Part shown: positions 50,820 to 62,610 of the stretch, piece after piece
Position numbering within the stretch: the stretch's first letter is position 1
Layout: each line of letters opens with the position of its first letter
Source of the DNA: Raja brachyura
Taxonomy: Eukaryota
Assembly (NCBI GenBank): GCA_963514005.1
Contig: OY740802.1
Coordinates: 15,128,001-15,192,000 of the forward strand
Direction of reading: 5' to 3'
Length of the DNA stretch: 64,000 bases
The notes under the pieces: model-generated
Database searches by the model: none
What the model saw: the letters and a program-made list of their open reading frames with translations, nothing else
Told to the model about the DNA's origin: nothing
Made by a program: the position numbers and the translations under genes

Positions 50820-51925
50820 AAGTCGGCACATGAACGTTATCATGAAAAGGGCACGCCAGTGCCTCTACTTTCTTTGAAGTGTAAAGATATCACCGAATAC
50901 TCTAACAAACTTAAGGGCCTGTCCCACCATGCGATGAGCGCGACCTAACGTGGTCACTTGAGCCGTCCGGCGTCGCGGGGCCGGTCCCACTTCGATCGCC
51001 GGAGCCATGCGGAATTGTGCGGAGTTCGTCCCAACATCGCGCGGGGCTCCGAAAAACTGACCGTGTTCAAAAACTCCGCGCGGCAACGGCTTGTCGGCTT
51101 GCAGTCGCCTCAACGCATTACACACCGCCTCGACGTCGTGCCTCCGTGACCCTCTCTGTAGGTGCCTCCGTGACCCTCTATGTGTGTGGCTCCGTGGCCC
51201 TCTCTGTGTGTGCCTCTGTGCCCCTCTCTGTGTGCCCCCCTCTGTCCTGGCGAACTTACCTTTAAGACTTCGCTCCAAGTTCGCCTCACTTTGCGCCACT
51301 CACCCGACCTCCGCGCGGCCCCCGCTGCCGGCTTGGTCACGCTTGTCGCATGCAGCGCATGATGGTGGGACGGGCCCTGTAGAGTATGCATTGTAGAAAG
51401 TACCCTGGTGGTTGAGGCCTGGTACAGCAAATCCAATGTGCAGCAATACCAGAGGCTGCAGAGTGGTGAGCTGTGCCTGTTCCTCAACAGCACAGCTCTC
51501 CCCACCATCCAAAGTATCTACACAAGGTACTGCTTCAATATGGCAGCATCTATCTTCAAGGATACTACACTCCCCCCCAATCTAGGCTATGGCCTCTTCT
51601 CGCTTATGTCATTGGGCAATTCTGATGGTGCCGCACCTGCAGGAACAGATACAATTACTTTCCTACAATCATCAGGTTCTTGAATCAACATGTATAACCA
51701 TAATACTATCTCAGCAATGTAACACCATGGACCACGCAATTCTAATTGTATTTTGCGTAATATCATGCTTATGCAGTCCTTTTCTTTTCACAGTAGAATT
51801 AGTGTGTGATTTGGTTTGGTGTGTTGTTCGAGTCAATGTCTTACTGCTTCAAGAAGGATTTTCATTTTACCTGTACCTCATCGTACTTATGCATACGACA
51901 ATAAATTTGACTTGACTTGACTTGA
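50820..51925 (+). mobile_element. Rex1/Babar-type LINE 3' fragment interrupted by a MITE
   Basis: KRARQCLYFL before the MITE, then AWYSKSNVQQYQRLQ...LPTIQSIYTRYC...IFKD...GYGLFSLMSLG after it, ending in a (CTTGA)n tail at ~51905-51925. Confidence 0.8.
50915..51377. mobile_element. MITE with GGGCCTGTCCCACCAT TIRs and an internal 24-bp tandem repeat
   Basis: ttaa|gggcctgtcccaccatgcg...cgcatgatggtgggacgggccc. About four copies of GTGCCTCCGTGACCCTCTCTGTGT at 51138-51235. Confidence 0.85.
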
Positions 51926-52017
51926 GTGCCAGATCTCTGCAGAAACTTTTCCACTGATATTCAGTCTGCCCATGAGGCTAACCACCTCAACATCTTACAC
52001 CATTATCTTAAATTCAC

Positions 52018-52192
52018 TGAAGATGGACACAAAATGCTGGAGTAACTCAGCAGGTCAGGCAGCATCTCTGGAGAAAAGGAATCGGTGACGTCACCCATTC
52101 CTTTTCTCCAGAGATATTGCCTGACCCGCTGTGTTACCTCAGTTTTTGTGTCTATCTTTGGCGTAAACCAATATCTGCAGTTCCTTTCTACA
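52018..52192. repeat. Inverted pair of Penelope-derived units with the hammerhead cores deleted
   Basis: The arms meet at ggtgacgtcacc. Confidence 0.8.
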
Positions 52193-53534
52193 CATCTTTA
52201 CTTCACTCTTCCTTGCACCCTTGCTGATTTAGTACCATGGGCCTTGCAAATATCTGGGGCAATGACCCAAAAGCATGATGTCATGGCATAGAATGCAACT
52301 CCTAAACACAGTGGCAGTCTTTGGATAGGTATACTTTGAGGTTCAGTTACAAGAGGATTTTTGAGCTTTATTATGAAATAATTAGTGCATTAAGGATGAA
52401 AAAAAAGAGGAATCAAATGATTATTCCATTAAATTTACTTAACAAAATAATTGGTTTTAGTGGCTTCACTCTAAAACACTGGCTGACAATATTTCACTGA
52501 GCAGATGTGATTTGTTAATGTCAGGCGTACGATTCCTGGACTAGAACACTCAATAGCTGTTATTGATTCCTCATATAGTTATTTTGTGCACATTCTGACT
52601 AGGGTCGGTCTTTTTAATTTGAAACTTGTCCCACCATATCTTTCCATTGGTTCTTGAGTAATATAATACATCTGCATGGAATTAGTTTAAAGTGGGGGAA
52701 AAAAAGCCTCCCAATTGGAAAGTACAGGCTTCGGAGTGTTGCAATAGTGCCTCGCAGACACTTTCCTTTGAGCCTCATCAGTGCAATGTGTCCAAGTCCC
52801 AACTGTTGCCACTTTTAAAACATCCCTTAAATTTAGACAGTACAATGGTTTGTCAACACCATCATTTAGGACTTGGATTTGAAGGCAGTCCAGTATATTG
52901 GAATGCAATCAGTCTAGTACAATGTAAAACTCCTCTCTTCATCATATCCAAGGATATGTAAATTGAGGTGAGGCATTCTCAATCTAGTTCGCCATGATTG
53001 CACAAGCACCGGAAACATGCACCAAACCAGAACACAATTAGCCATCCCGACGGAGAAACTGGAACGATACTGTTGAAGAAAGCGGAAGTATGCACAGGTG
53101 GAGGATATGCTTCTCGGGATGAATTAAAATGCCATTCAAGCACTAGTATATTCAATCTTGAAATTATAGAAAAATCACCTGAAAGGTACATACATTTTTG
53201 GAACTTTTTGAAACAACAAAAAGTTCAACATCAAAGGCAAGCATCAATTTACAGTGGTCTTATCTTAGAAAGTAATCGCTTCACACGCATGAACTAGCAT
53301 TTCTCTCCAATATTATGAGAACGCTCATTGTTGAAATTGGCATGAAATGTCCTGCTTGCTCGCTCTCTTCTTGTAGCAAGTTCTGACTATGCCCTGGAAA
53401 CTGTTTCTTATCTAAATGCACAACAATGAGGAACTGACCATTAATCTTACATACAATTATCGAAATAATATCAATGTGTACAAATTCATCACCCATATTT
53501 TGTCTAAAACACAGCAGTGCTTACATTTCAAAAT

Positions 53535-53816
53535 GTTTAGCTTAGTCCATACCGACCATCAACTACCCGTTCACACTAGATCTATGTTATTCTACTTTTG
53601 CATCCCCTCCCTACACTTAGGGAATCTTTTATTGTTTTTAACAGAGGCCAATTAACCTACAAACCTTTGGAATGTGGGATGAAACCGGAGCACCCAGAGG
53701 AAGCCCACGCAGTCATAGGGAGATCGTGCAAACTCCACACTGACAGCACCTGAAGTCAGCATCAAACCAATGTCTCTGGCTCCATGAGGCAGCAGCTCTA
53801 CAAGCTGTGCCACTGT
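53535..53816 (-). mobile_element. HE1-type SINE
   Basis: Same consensus, minus strand. Confidence 0.85.
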
Positions 53817-54073
53817 AGTTTATAACAAGAGCCAGGATGATTAGGAGCTAAAAGTCTCTGAAATAGGCAGGTAAAAAGGCATAATAAAATTACAAAAAAG
53901 GCATGAAAAAGGCATTTATTGACAAAAACGGCATGAAAAGACATTTATTTCCACCACCAAAATATGGTTAAAAAGTAATAATATAAAGGTATACTACATT
54001 AAATTACCAAAGTTGCCTAGTTGCACATAATTACCAGCATTTTTATCAAATTATCTGGTGTTAAACTATGCCG

Positions 54074-54937
54074 TCAGTCAAACAGAATATGCTTCAGTTG
54101 TGAAAAACTTCTTTCTACCCCAGCTGAGGTCACTGGTGCATACCTGAAACAAGCTACAAACTCTACATTCATGTTGATATCTTGTGCATTACAACTACCT
54201 TTGAGAACATTAGCTATGTTTTGTATTTCTGCAAGATCTTTGTTAGCTAAAATCACTCTCTCACATTTTCCTTCTATGTCTTTACCTACATCGCCAGGAA
54301 CTTTAAGTACAAAGTACAGCAAGTGAAGATGTAAACAATAAGTAAACAATGTAAACAACTGAGTCTTTGACTTCTCCAATACTTCCGATGTCAAGAAATA
54401 ATCCTTTGATGGTCGACCTGCCTCCAGTGTACCAATGACCACATTGGCAACATATCGCCCCACAACATCGGTTGTCTCGATATTTTGTTGCGTGCAACTT
54501 CATCTCTAATTTTCTGCACAACAATGTTGAAGTTTCTGTCAACATAATTTTTCCGTAATAATGACTCGCTCGATATGTTCCTCTGTGTATTTCTCTACAA
54601 AACCTCTGAGAGATTTGTTTTCCAATTTCCACAGTGGAATTCCAGCATCAATGAATGCTTTGCCCAGATCACTCGAAAACTCAGATTTGCGACTGGAGCC
54701 AGCAGTAAATGTTGTGAGGAGACAAGCTTGCGTATTTCCTACCGTCAGTTTCTCTGCCGTCGACTTGTGTTTAGCTGTCTGTACATGCTGGGAGACAAAA
54801 TATTTCTTCTCATGATTCACTGCTTTCTCACACGCTTTGCAAAACAGCACACAGTTGTCTGTAGAGAATATATCACTCCCGTACACTCTCACCAAATCGT
54901 TCCGTTTTTTACAAGGCGTTGGCTAGACTTTAGGCGT
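54074..54937 (-). pseudogene. CGGBP-like hAT transposase remnant
   Basis: N-terminal BED-type finger LFCKACEKAVNHEKKYFVSQHVQTAKH, FSSDLGKAFIDAGIPLWKLENKSLRGFVEKY, catalytic-region ETTDVVGRYVANVVIG, and C-terminal FRYAPVTSAGVERSFSQLKHIL. It carries frameshifts, stops, large deletions and an apparent start mutated to ACG. Confidence 0.85.
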
Positions 54938-54954
54938 TTTGACGCTTGCGGGGG

Positions 54955-55060
54955 TAGATTCTACAGGAACGGGGATGCAGATCTCTACAGGCAGGCCAAG
55001 TATAAGCTGAGAAGAGGAATCAGAGCTGCCAAGGAAAGGTACTCTGAGAAGTTTGAAAAG
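54955..55060 (+). mobile_element. Rex1/Babar LINE internal fragment inside the hAT element
   Basis: YRNGDADLYRQAKYKLRRGIRAAKERYSEKFE resembles the Rex/Babar endonuclease-RT linker. Confidence 0.7.
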
Positions 55061-56529
55061 ACTAGATCCTTCCCCACGCACCTCTCTCCAATCACCACTT
55101 CACACCCACTTACAGCCGGGTCCCGGTGGTGTAAATTTTCTTATAAGTTACGTTAAAATGGCAAAAAAAGGCTGATTTAGGCACTCAATCGCGAAAAAGG
55201 CATTATCTTCCTGAAATCATCAAAAAAGGTATGAAAAGGCACATGGCATTTATGGCAAAATCCCAGCACTATTTATAACATTTAAATAAAGGGCTAAGAT
55301 GCTATAAAAATGAACTTTGCTCTTTAGATGATATTTTCCTCTTTTCTGTGGAAATTCATAACTTTTTGCCTTCAAACAATATACAAGAAAAATGGTACCA
55401 AACTAATATAATTCCCGCAGTCTATCTAGAAATGAAACATGCTGTACAGCACCTTCATTTACAGCCTGAGACTGTATAGCCAAAACACTGTATTGACTTT
55501 AAAATTCATTACATCTTTACAATGGTTTAGTTCACAGACTGTGACCTGTCCTCTTCAATGTACAAAATGTACCATCAACTCTTCCCATAGTTTCCACTTT
55601 GACATCAATGAGATAGCAATACACCTATGGGAATATAACTGAGGATAGTTATGTTCATGGTAGGAAGCAGCCAGGCAAGCTCTGAACAGTGAAAACAATT
55701 GTTTTCGCAGAAGCTGTCACTCTGGGATTCCCTTTCATACTTTAAGAATCAGAGAGTCATACAACACAGAAACAGGCCCTTTAGCCCACCACGTCAATGC
55801 CAAACCTTTTGCCCATCTCCACTGGTCCCACTACCCTGCGACGGGACAGTATCCTTTACCCTTTATAGACCTATCATTTAAAGTACCAAAAAATTCATAA
55901 AATGCACTAATCTGAAAGTGAACATTATTTCAATAAAGCTGAGATCATGTGGGATCCATCTCTGAGAAGCATAGCAAGATTTTCAGTTTGTTGAAAAGTC
56001 ACCAAATATAAATCGTTTCTCCCTCCACTGAGATGCAGCTTGACCTACTCAGTGTTTCCTGCATTTACAGTTTTTACATTTATTTATGACCCAAGTAATG
56101 CCAGGATTTCAGTTTTGTAAATTCAACAATAGTGAATTATTGTGGACATTTATTTAGCCCTCTTCCTTATGGACTATTTTATGCATGGATAAACCTAACT
56201 CAAAGGTGTATCTCCTTATCTCCTGTGCACCCAATGCAGATGATTGTTAGGTTTCTACATACAAAGGAGGTCTAACTTTGGCATCTCTGATTCAAGAAGA
56301 GACCATGTAACTATCAGAATAGGTGAACCAGTACAGTTTGGACCTGCTTCCCAGACAACATATCTCGTATTCCATTACACACCAAACAATGCAGACTGCT
56401 GACACCAAAACAAGCCTGCAGTACAGAGATGAAGATGTCCTCATTTAAAGGAAGCTTGACCTACATGGATTAATTGACAGGGACTTCAAGTTCCTTACCA
56501 ACTTGCAAGCAGGTCCTCCTTTGAGCGAT

Positions 56530-57340
56530 TTAGTTTAGTTTCAGTTTAGAGATGCAGCATGGATACTTGTCCTTCAGCCCACAAAGTCCATGCATAGGGT
56601 TGCCAACTTTCTCACTCCAAAATAAGGGACAAATGGTCAAAGTAAGGGACAAATTCCCGGCGGCATTTTGTTGACCAACTCGGCCGTGGTTAGGTGAATG
56701 ATGAGTTGGCCCGGGTGCTGGACTGCACACAAAGCCCAGCCGGCGGGCCAGCTAAGGAGTTTTGGCACAGACGCCGGAGGCACGCGATGTCACGCGCAAA
56801 GTCCAGCGCCCGGGCCAAAACTCCTGAACTGGCCCACCAGCTGGGCTTTGTGTTCTGCTGTACGCAAAGTCCAGCGCCCCATGCAACTCATGAACCGATG
56901 ATCGGCCATGAGAAGGAAGGGAGGTGGTGTCGGCGATAAGCGAAGGTCTGAAGGTCGGACAGCTGGCCGGGCTGCCGACCGACGGGGCCATGGGCAAGGT
57001 GCTGCTGCTGCACTCCATGGGCTGCACTATGTCGGGACGGGTAAGGTGGGGCCAGACGCGGCACTCCGACCCGACAGTCTCCTCGACCCGATTAGTAGCA
57101 GTTAAATACGGGAGAAGGGTGGTCCCGTATTGGACAAACCAACTTAGACCAAAATACGGGGTGTCCCGGCTAATACGGGACAGTTGGCAACACTATCCAT
57201 GCCGACTATCCATCGATCACCCATCCACACTAGCTCCGTGTCATTCCAATTCATCATCCACTCCCTACGCATTACGGTCAATTTTACATAGACCTTTTAA
57301 TCCACAATCTCGCACATCATGTGCGAGGAAACCATTGCAG
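56530..57340 (-). mobile_element. HE1-type SINE 3' part, split by a hAT MITE
   Basis: Tail ttagtttagtttc...cccacaaagtccatgc resumes at 57196 as tccatgccgact...gatcaccc...cacactag. Confidence 0.75.
56595..57195. mobile_element. Non-autonomous hAT-type element (601 bp)
   Basis: TIRs TAGGGTTGCCAACT / AGTTGGCAACACTA, TSD TCCATGCA / TCCATGCC (7 of 8), and subterminal AATA(A/C)GGGAC repeats. Confidence 0.88.
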
Positions 57341-58309
57341 GGTAGTTCAAAATCTTGCTTGAGACAAATTCTGGTGTTACAATATTGCTGATGTCATTTG
57401 GATGTGATAGAACTAGAAGAACAGTGGCCAATGTGACAAAATCCTTTATCAAAAGTGCCATTCACTATTATAAACTGGTGTTAATTCTCCAAAGTGCAAA
57501 ATTGCTCAGCAACATTTTTGTTACAAATCTTTATTTGCATTTTGCCAGCTTTTCCAGTTTTGCACCGTCAGATTTCAGTACTAATGAGACTGCATTACAT
57601 TTTTTAAGGAGGAGAAGGGGCAACAATGGAGAATGCTGTTATTCTGCACAGGCCAATTCTGAAGATCAAGTGTACACGAGATTATTTGTTTTAGTTGCTC
57701 TGGTCAAGATGATGATATGTATAAAAAAAGATTTGTAAATACTGGGCAAACAATCTTTCCAGTTTAAAGCTATCCTTTTGCGGTTGTACTTTGCTGAAAG
57801 GAAGCAAAATGGACAAACATCATTTGCATGCAATGAATGACAGCTTTTCTGTGTAATACAAAACAAAGAGCTACTGAATTGGAACAGGACCTTGATGAAT
57901 GACTCTGAGAGATTGATAGTTATTATAAATCAAGTCTTTGGACCAGTGACAAAGATCAAAGTAGAAAGTAGGAACAATAGCTCGCAGACAATTTTTAGCT
58001 GAACCCACTTTGGGGGATAACTCACCACAAAATGCACAATAGTGCAGAATGCACAATAGTCCAGAATCACTTCTGGACTATTCTCTCTTTTGAGTTGCCT
58101 AAAACAAACTAACACATTGTAATGGGAAAGGATAGCGTCAACACAGTAAAGCAGAATTTAAGACAGAATTTACTTTTATTTTTGGTATGTCTTAATTCAC
58201 AATTAGTTGAGTTTAATCAACTTTAACTATCACATCATGGAAGAATACCAAATGGAGTTTGAGGGTAAACACCTCAGGACCATAACCAGTGCCCTCAACT
58301 TAAATAAAG

Positions 58310-58742
58310 TCATAAGTAATAGGAGCAGAATTAAGCCACTCGGCCCATCAAGTCTATGCCACCATTCAATCATGGCTGATCTATTTCTCCCTCCTAAGCC
58401 CATTTCCCCTGCCTTCTCCCCATAACCCCTGACATCTGTAGAATCTATCTATTTCTGCCTTAAAAATATCAATTGACTTGGCCTCCACAGCCTTCAATGG
58501 CAATTAATTCCACAGATTCACCACCCTCTGGCTAAAGAAATTCCTCCTCATCTCCTTCCTAAAGGGAAGTCCTTTAATTCTGAGGCTATGACCGCTAGTC
58601 CTAGACTCCCCCGCTAGTGGAAACATCCACTCCACATCCACTTTATCCAAGCCTTTAACTATTGGGTACGTTTCAATGAGGTCCCCCCATCATTCTTCTA
58701 AACTCCAGCGAGTACAGGCCCAATGACGTCAAACGCTCAAAT
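58310..58742 (-). mobile_element. CR1 LINE 3' fragment
   Basis: Reverse complement of the ORF2 end and 3' UTR. Confidence 0.88.
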
Positions 58743-59186
58743 GCCGTCAAGTAAGGGCAATAAGAAGATTATGAAGTAAAGGTTGGACAAAGTGAACTGA
58801 GAAAATAGGCTTAAAAGGAGTGTTCACTAGATGAGTAATGGCAGATATGCACTCAGCAGAAAATCGACCAATTCTGAGTGAGAGATTTGCTGGGAAAGAT
58901 GAAACATTGGTGGTTAATATAATTGGTCCATTAAAGCTGGTGCTAGACCAGAACAAGATTTTTTCAGGACCCAGAAAGGAACATAAAAAAATACTCGGGA
59001 GGGAGAAAATTGATTAAGAGAGTAAATTGGCGAATGATTACAAAAATAAATAAGAACTTCTATGTATATTTTAAGGATAGGCAAAATAGGTGTGTGCACT
59101 TGCACTTCGTAAACCTGGGCTTTTAATAACAGGAAATGTAAAAAATTAATACTTTGCATCATCTTCCCCATGGACGATTCTGCACA

Positions 59187-59548
59187 CTGGCACCTCGCGT
59201 TTTACGCGGTCTTGATTTACGTGTTATTAGAATAATGCTCTTGTCTAATTCCTATCAAAATTTAATTTATGTGTTCCTATTTTCGGAATAATGCGCTCAG
59301 ATTTATGTCCAGCAAACTTACATATCAGTTTTCAAAGTTATCCTGTAAGTTCAGATTTGCTTAACAGAAAGAAAACATTGCACAGATGGAAGGGCGCACT
59401 TTGCAATGTTGTATGATGTGATTTACCCTCAATTATTTCAATTGGCAGCATAGACACGTGCGGTGCCTGGCACATTTGATTTAAGCGCTTTTTGATTTAC
59501 GCGCTGCTTTTCAGGCCCTTAACCCCTATGCAAAACGCCAGGTGCCTG
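59187..59548. mobile_element. Tc1/mariner (Tigger/pogo-like) MITE inserted in an old CR1
   Basis: TIRs c(t/a)ggcacct(c/g)gcgtttt at both ends. Right flank TA, left flank CA. Internal TTGATTTACG repeats. The host has a YFASxF-like remnant at ~59150. Confidence 0.75.
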
Positions 59549-59691
59549 TACATCCCAAGGATAAAAGAAGGACTATTTTCAAAAGGGAGGGAAAAACTTG
59601 AAACAATCCCCATTACAGGGGCCAATACTTTGGAAAAAGAGTGAAGGGAGACAGGCACCAGGTTCCACCACCTCACATCTTCATGTTCTTA

Positions 59692-60020
59692 GAGCAGAAT
59701 TGGGCCATTCAGTCCATCAAGTCTACCTGCCATTCAATCAAGGCTGATCTATCTTTCCCTCTCAAGCCCTTTCTCCTGCTGTAACCCCTGACACCCTTAC
59801 TAATCCAGAATCTGTCAATCTCTGACTTAAAAATAACCATTGATTTGACCTCCACATCTGTCTGTGGCAATGAATTCCACAGATTCGCCACCCTCTGACA
59901 AAATAAATTTCTTCTCATCTCCTCTCTTAAGGTACGCCCTTTTATTCTGAGGCTGTGGCCTCTGATCCTAGACTCTCCCACTTGTGGAAACATCCTCTCC
60001 ACGTCCACTCTATGCAGGCA
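59692..60020 (-). mobile_element. CR1 LINE 3' fragment
   Basis: RVDVERMFPQVGESRIRGHSLRIKG...RVANLWNSLPQ. Confidence 0.9.
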
Positions 60021-60172
60021 TCGTTTCAAGGTCTTTTAAAGAAAGTGGCTGCAGGGATAGCAAATCCATTGGTTGAAGATTTTCCAAAGCTCAGCCAATT
60101 CCAGACATTACCAGCAGATTGAGAAATTAAGAAGAAGAACTAGATATATTTTTGAAAGAGCAGGTAATTAAG

Positions 60173-60722
60173 GTCATAAGTGATAGGAGTAGAAATAGGC
60201 CATTCGGCCCATCAAGTCGACTCCGCCATTCAATCATGGCTCATTTATCTCTCCATCCTAACCCCGTTCTCCTGCCTTCTCCCCATAACCTCTGACACCT
60301 GTACTAATCAATAATCTATCTATATCTGCCTTAACAATATCCACTGTCGGCCTTCACAGCAGTCTGTAGCAAAGAATTCCACAGATCCCCCACCCTCTGA
60401 CTAAAGAAGTTTCTCCTCATCTCCTTCCTAAAAGAACGCCCTTTAATTCTGAGGCAATGACCTTTAGTCCTAGACTAGTGGAAACATCCTCTACACATCT
60501 ACTCTATCCAAGCCTTTCACTATTCTCTGTATGTTTCAACGAGCATCCCCCCCCTCATTCTTCTAAACCCCAGCGAGCACAGGTCCAGAGCCAACAAAGC
60601 TCATCATCGGTTAACCCAATCATTCCTGGGACTATTCTTGTAAACCTCCTCTGGATCCTCTCCAGAGGCAGCACATCCTTCCTCAGAGATGGTGCCCAAA
60701 ATTGCTCACAATACTCCAAATT
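60173..60722 (-). mobile_element. CR1 LINE 3' fragment
   Basis: LEYCEQFWAPSLRKDVLPLERIQRRFTRIVPG plus the 3' UTR. Confidence 0.9.
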
Positions 60723-61482
60723 GTGAGCAAGGAGAAATTGGCACAGATGAGATCTGGCCTGGGGTATAGCAGCTATGATCATAATGAATAGTGAGACAGG
60801 CTTGTGAGGACTGCTCTAGCTCCTGTTTTCTCATGTTCTTAATGTGCGCAATATCACTTAAAAAAGATTAAAAAATGCTAACCCAAGACTAATCTTATAA
60901 TAGGTATCTTAACAAGTATTTCAGCTGTACACTGTGATCTGAAAAGTTAACAGTGATCTTATCATATATTTTTTGGTAATTAAAAATTGTGACAAAAGAA
61001 AGTCACTACTAATTAATGGTTTAATTGGCTCAATTATCCTTTGGTTCACTATGTAGGTATGTAGATTGCTCATTAAAATATAATTTCTGAATAAGTTGTG
61101 CTCTGTGATGTGTAAGAAAAGGTTTGCTTTATTCATCCAGCAAAGATTTTGTCAGATTGAAAATAAAAAGAGAAAATGCTGGATATACTCAGCAGGTCAG
61201 GCAGCGTTTGCCAACAAGGAACTCTGACAAATGGTTTTGACCTATTTCGCTTTCCAGACGCTGCTTGACCTGCAGGGTGTTCCCACTGTGTTCTTGTTTT
61301 TATTTCAGATTTTCAGCATCTGCAGCTATTAGATTTTGTCAGATTGTGCTTGACTAAGGTGGAAAGTCAGAGGAATTAAAGGAGATTCAAGCACAACTCT
61401 ACATAAAAACTGCTGCATAAAAAAATGCTGGCTTTTCACTTCTAAAACAAACAAAAATACTTACTTTAAGTTTTAATTCAGA

Positions 61483-62088
61483 GAGTAGAAGTACTTCTGC
61501 AGTTGTACAGAGCCCTAGTGAAACCACACCTGGAGTATTGTGTGCAGTTTTGGTCCCTTAATGTGAGGAAGGACATTCTTGCTATTGAGGGAGTGCAGCG
61601 TTGGTTTACAAGGTTAATTCCTGGGATGGTGGGACTGTCATATGCTGAGAGAATGGAGTGGCTGGGCTTGTATACTCTGGAGTTTAGAAGGATGAGAGGG
61701 GATCTTATTGAAACATATAAGATTGTTAAGGGCTTGGACATGCTAGAGGCAGGATCATGTTCCCAATGGTGGGGGAGTCCAGAACCAGGGGCCACAGTTT
61801 AAGAATAAGGAGTAAGCCATTTAGAATGGACACAAGGAAACCCTTTTTCTCACAGTGAGTGGTGAGTATGTGGAATTCTCTGCCTCAGAGGGCGGTGGAG
61901 GCAGGTTCTCTGGATGCTTTCAAGAGAGAGCTAGATAGGGCTCTTAAAAATAGCGGAGTCAGGGGATATGGGGAGAAGGCAGGAACGGGGTACTGATTGG
62001 GGATGATCAGCCATGATCACATTGAATGGCGGTGCTGGCTCAAAGGGCCGAATGGCCTACTCCTGCACCTATTGTCTATTGTTTATTG
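61483..62088 (+). mobile_element. Young CR1 LINE, 5'-truncated
   Basis: LYRALVKPHLEYCVQFWS...RMRGDLIETYKIVKGLD, then the 3' UTR and a (CTATTGT)n tail. Confidence 0.93.
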
Positions 62089-62517
62089 ACAGTGGACACA
62101 GTTTGAAGCATCTCACTGTAAGAAGAATATAAAACCGAGGGAAAGGTTAAAATGTAAATCCATTGGAACAAATCAAGAATAAAGTGCTTCAGTTATGCAG
62201 AGGAGCAAGAGGCTGGGGTTTTAAAATTGTAACTGGGGAGGACAAAGGGTAAAGTAGTAAAGAACTACATACTATGATAGGGTTTCACCACGTACACTGT
62301 TTGATGAGAAGATAACATGAGAACATCAATATAACAATCATTATAAAGTTGAGGGGTAGACTGGGGAATTATAATTCTCAATGGGTGGCATATGCAATGC
62401 TTTGGTCAAACCATTGTTCATTGTAAATACTTTAAATGAAAATTATAACGTTGCCTACAAATATTTTAAAAAATGAAGGAAACTCAGATCAAAGTGAATG
62501 TAGACAGAGACAAGCAA

Positions 62518-62610
62518 AATCTGAAGAAGGGTCTTGACACGAACCATCACCCATTCCTTGTCTCCAGTAATGCTGTCTGGAGTTACTCCAGCATTTTGTG
62601 TCCATCTTAA
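62518..62610 (+). repeat. Penelope-derived hammerhead unit (decayed)
   Basis: atctgaagaagggtcttgacacgaaccatcacc...gagttactccagcattttgtgtc. Confidence 0.8.

Larger units (their letters stand above)
53827..55271 (-). mobile_element. Internally deleted hAT DNA transposon of the CGGBP1-related group
   Basis: Perfect 8-bp TSD TTTATAAC at 53819-53826 and 55272-55279. Imperfect TIRs (aagagccaggat / tagtgctgggat), subterminal AAAGGCA repeats and transposase remnants. Confidence 0.88.

Noticed and set aside
51250-51268. Minus-strand AG|GTAAGT (possible recursive splice site)
   Set aside because: It lies in a MITE and lacks an upstream polypyrimidine tract.
50865-51508. 144-aa and 132-aa ORFs with Arg/His/Gly repeats
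   Set aside because: Produced by the 24-bp minisatellite in a MITE.
54575-55156. 193-aa plus-strand ORF, the longest in the track
   Set aside because: It is antisense to the hAT transposase remnant fused to a short Rex/Babar piece, so it is not a coherent gene.
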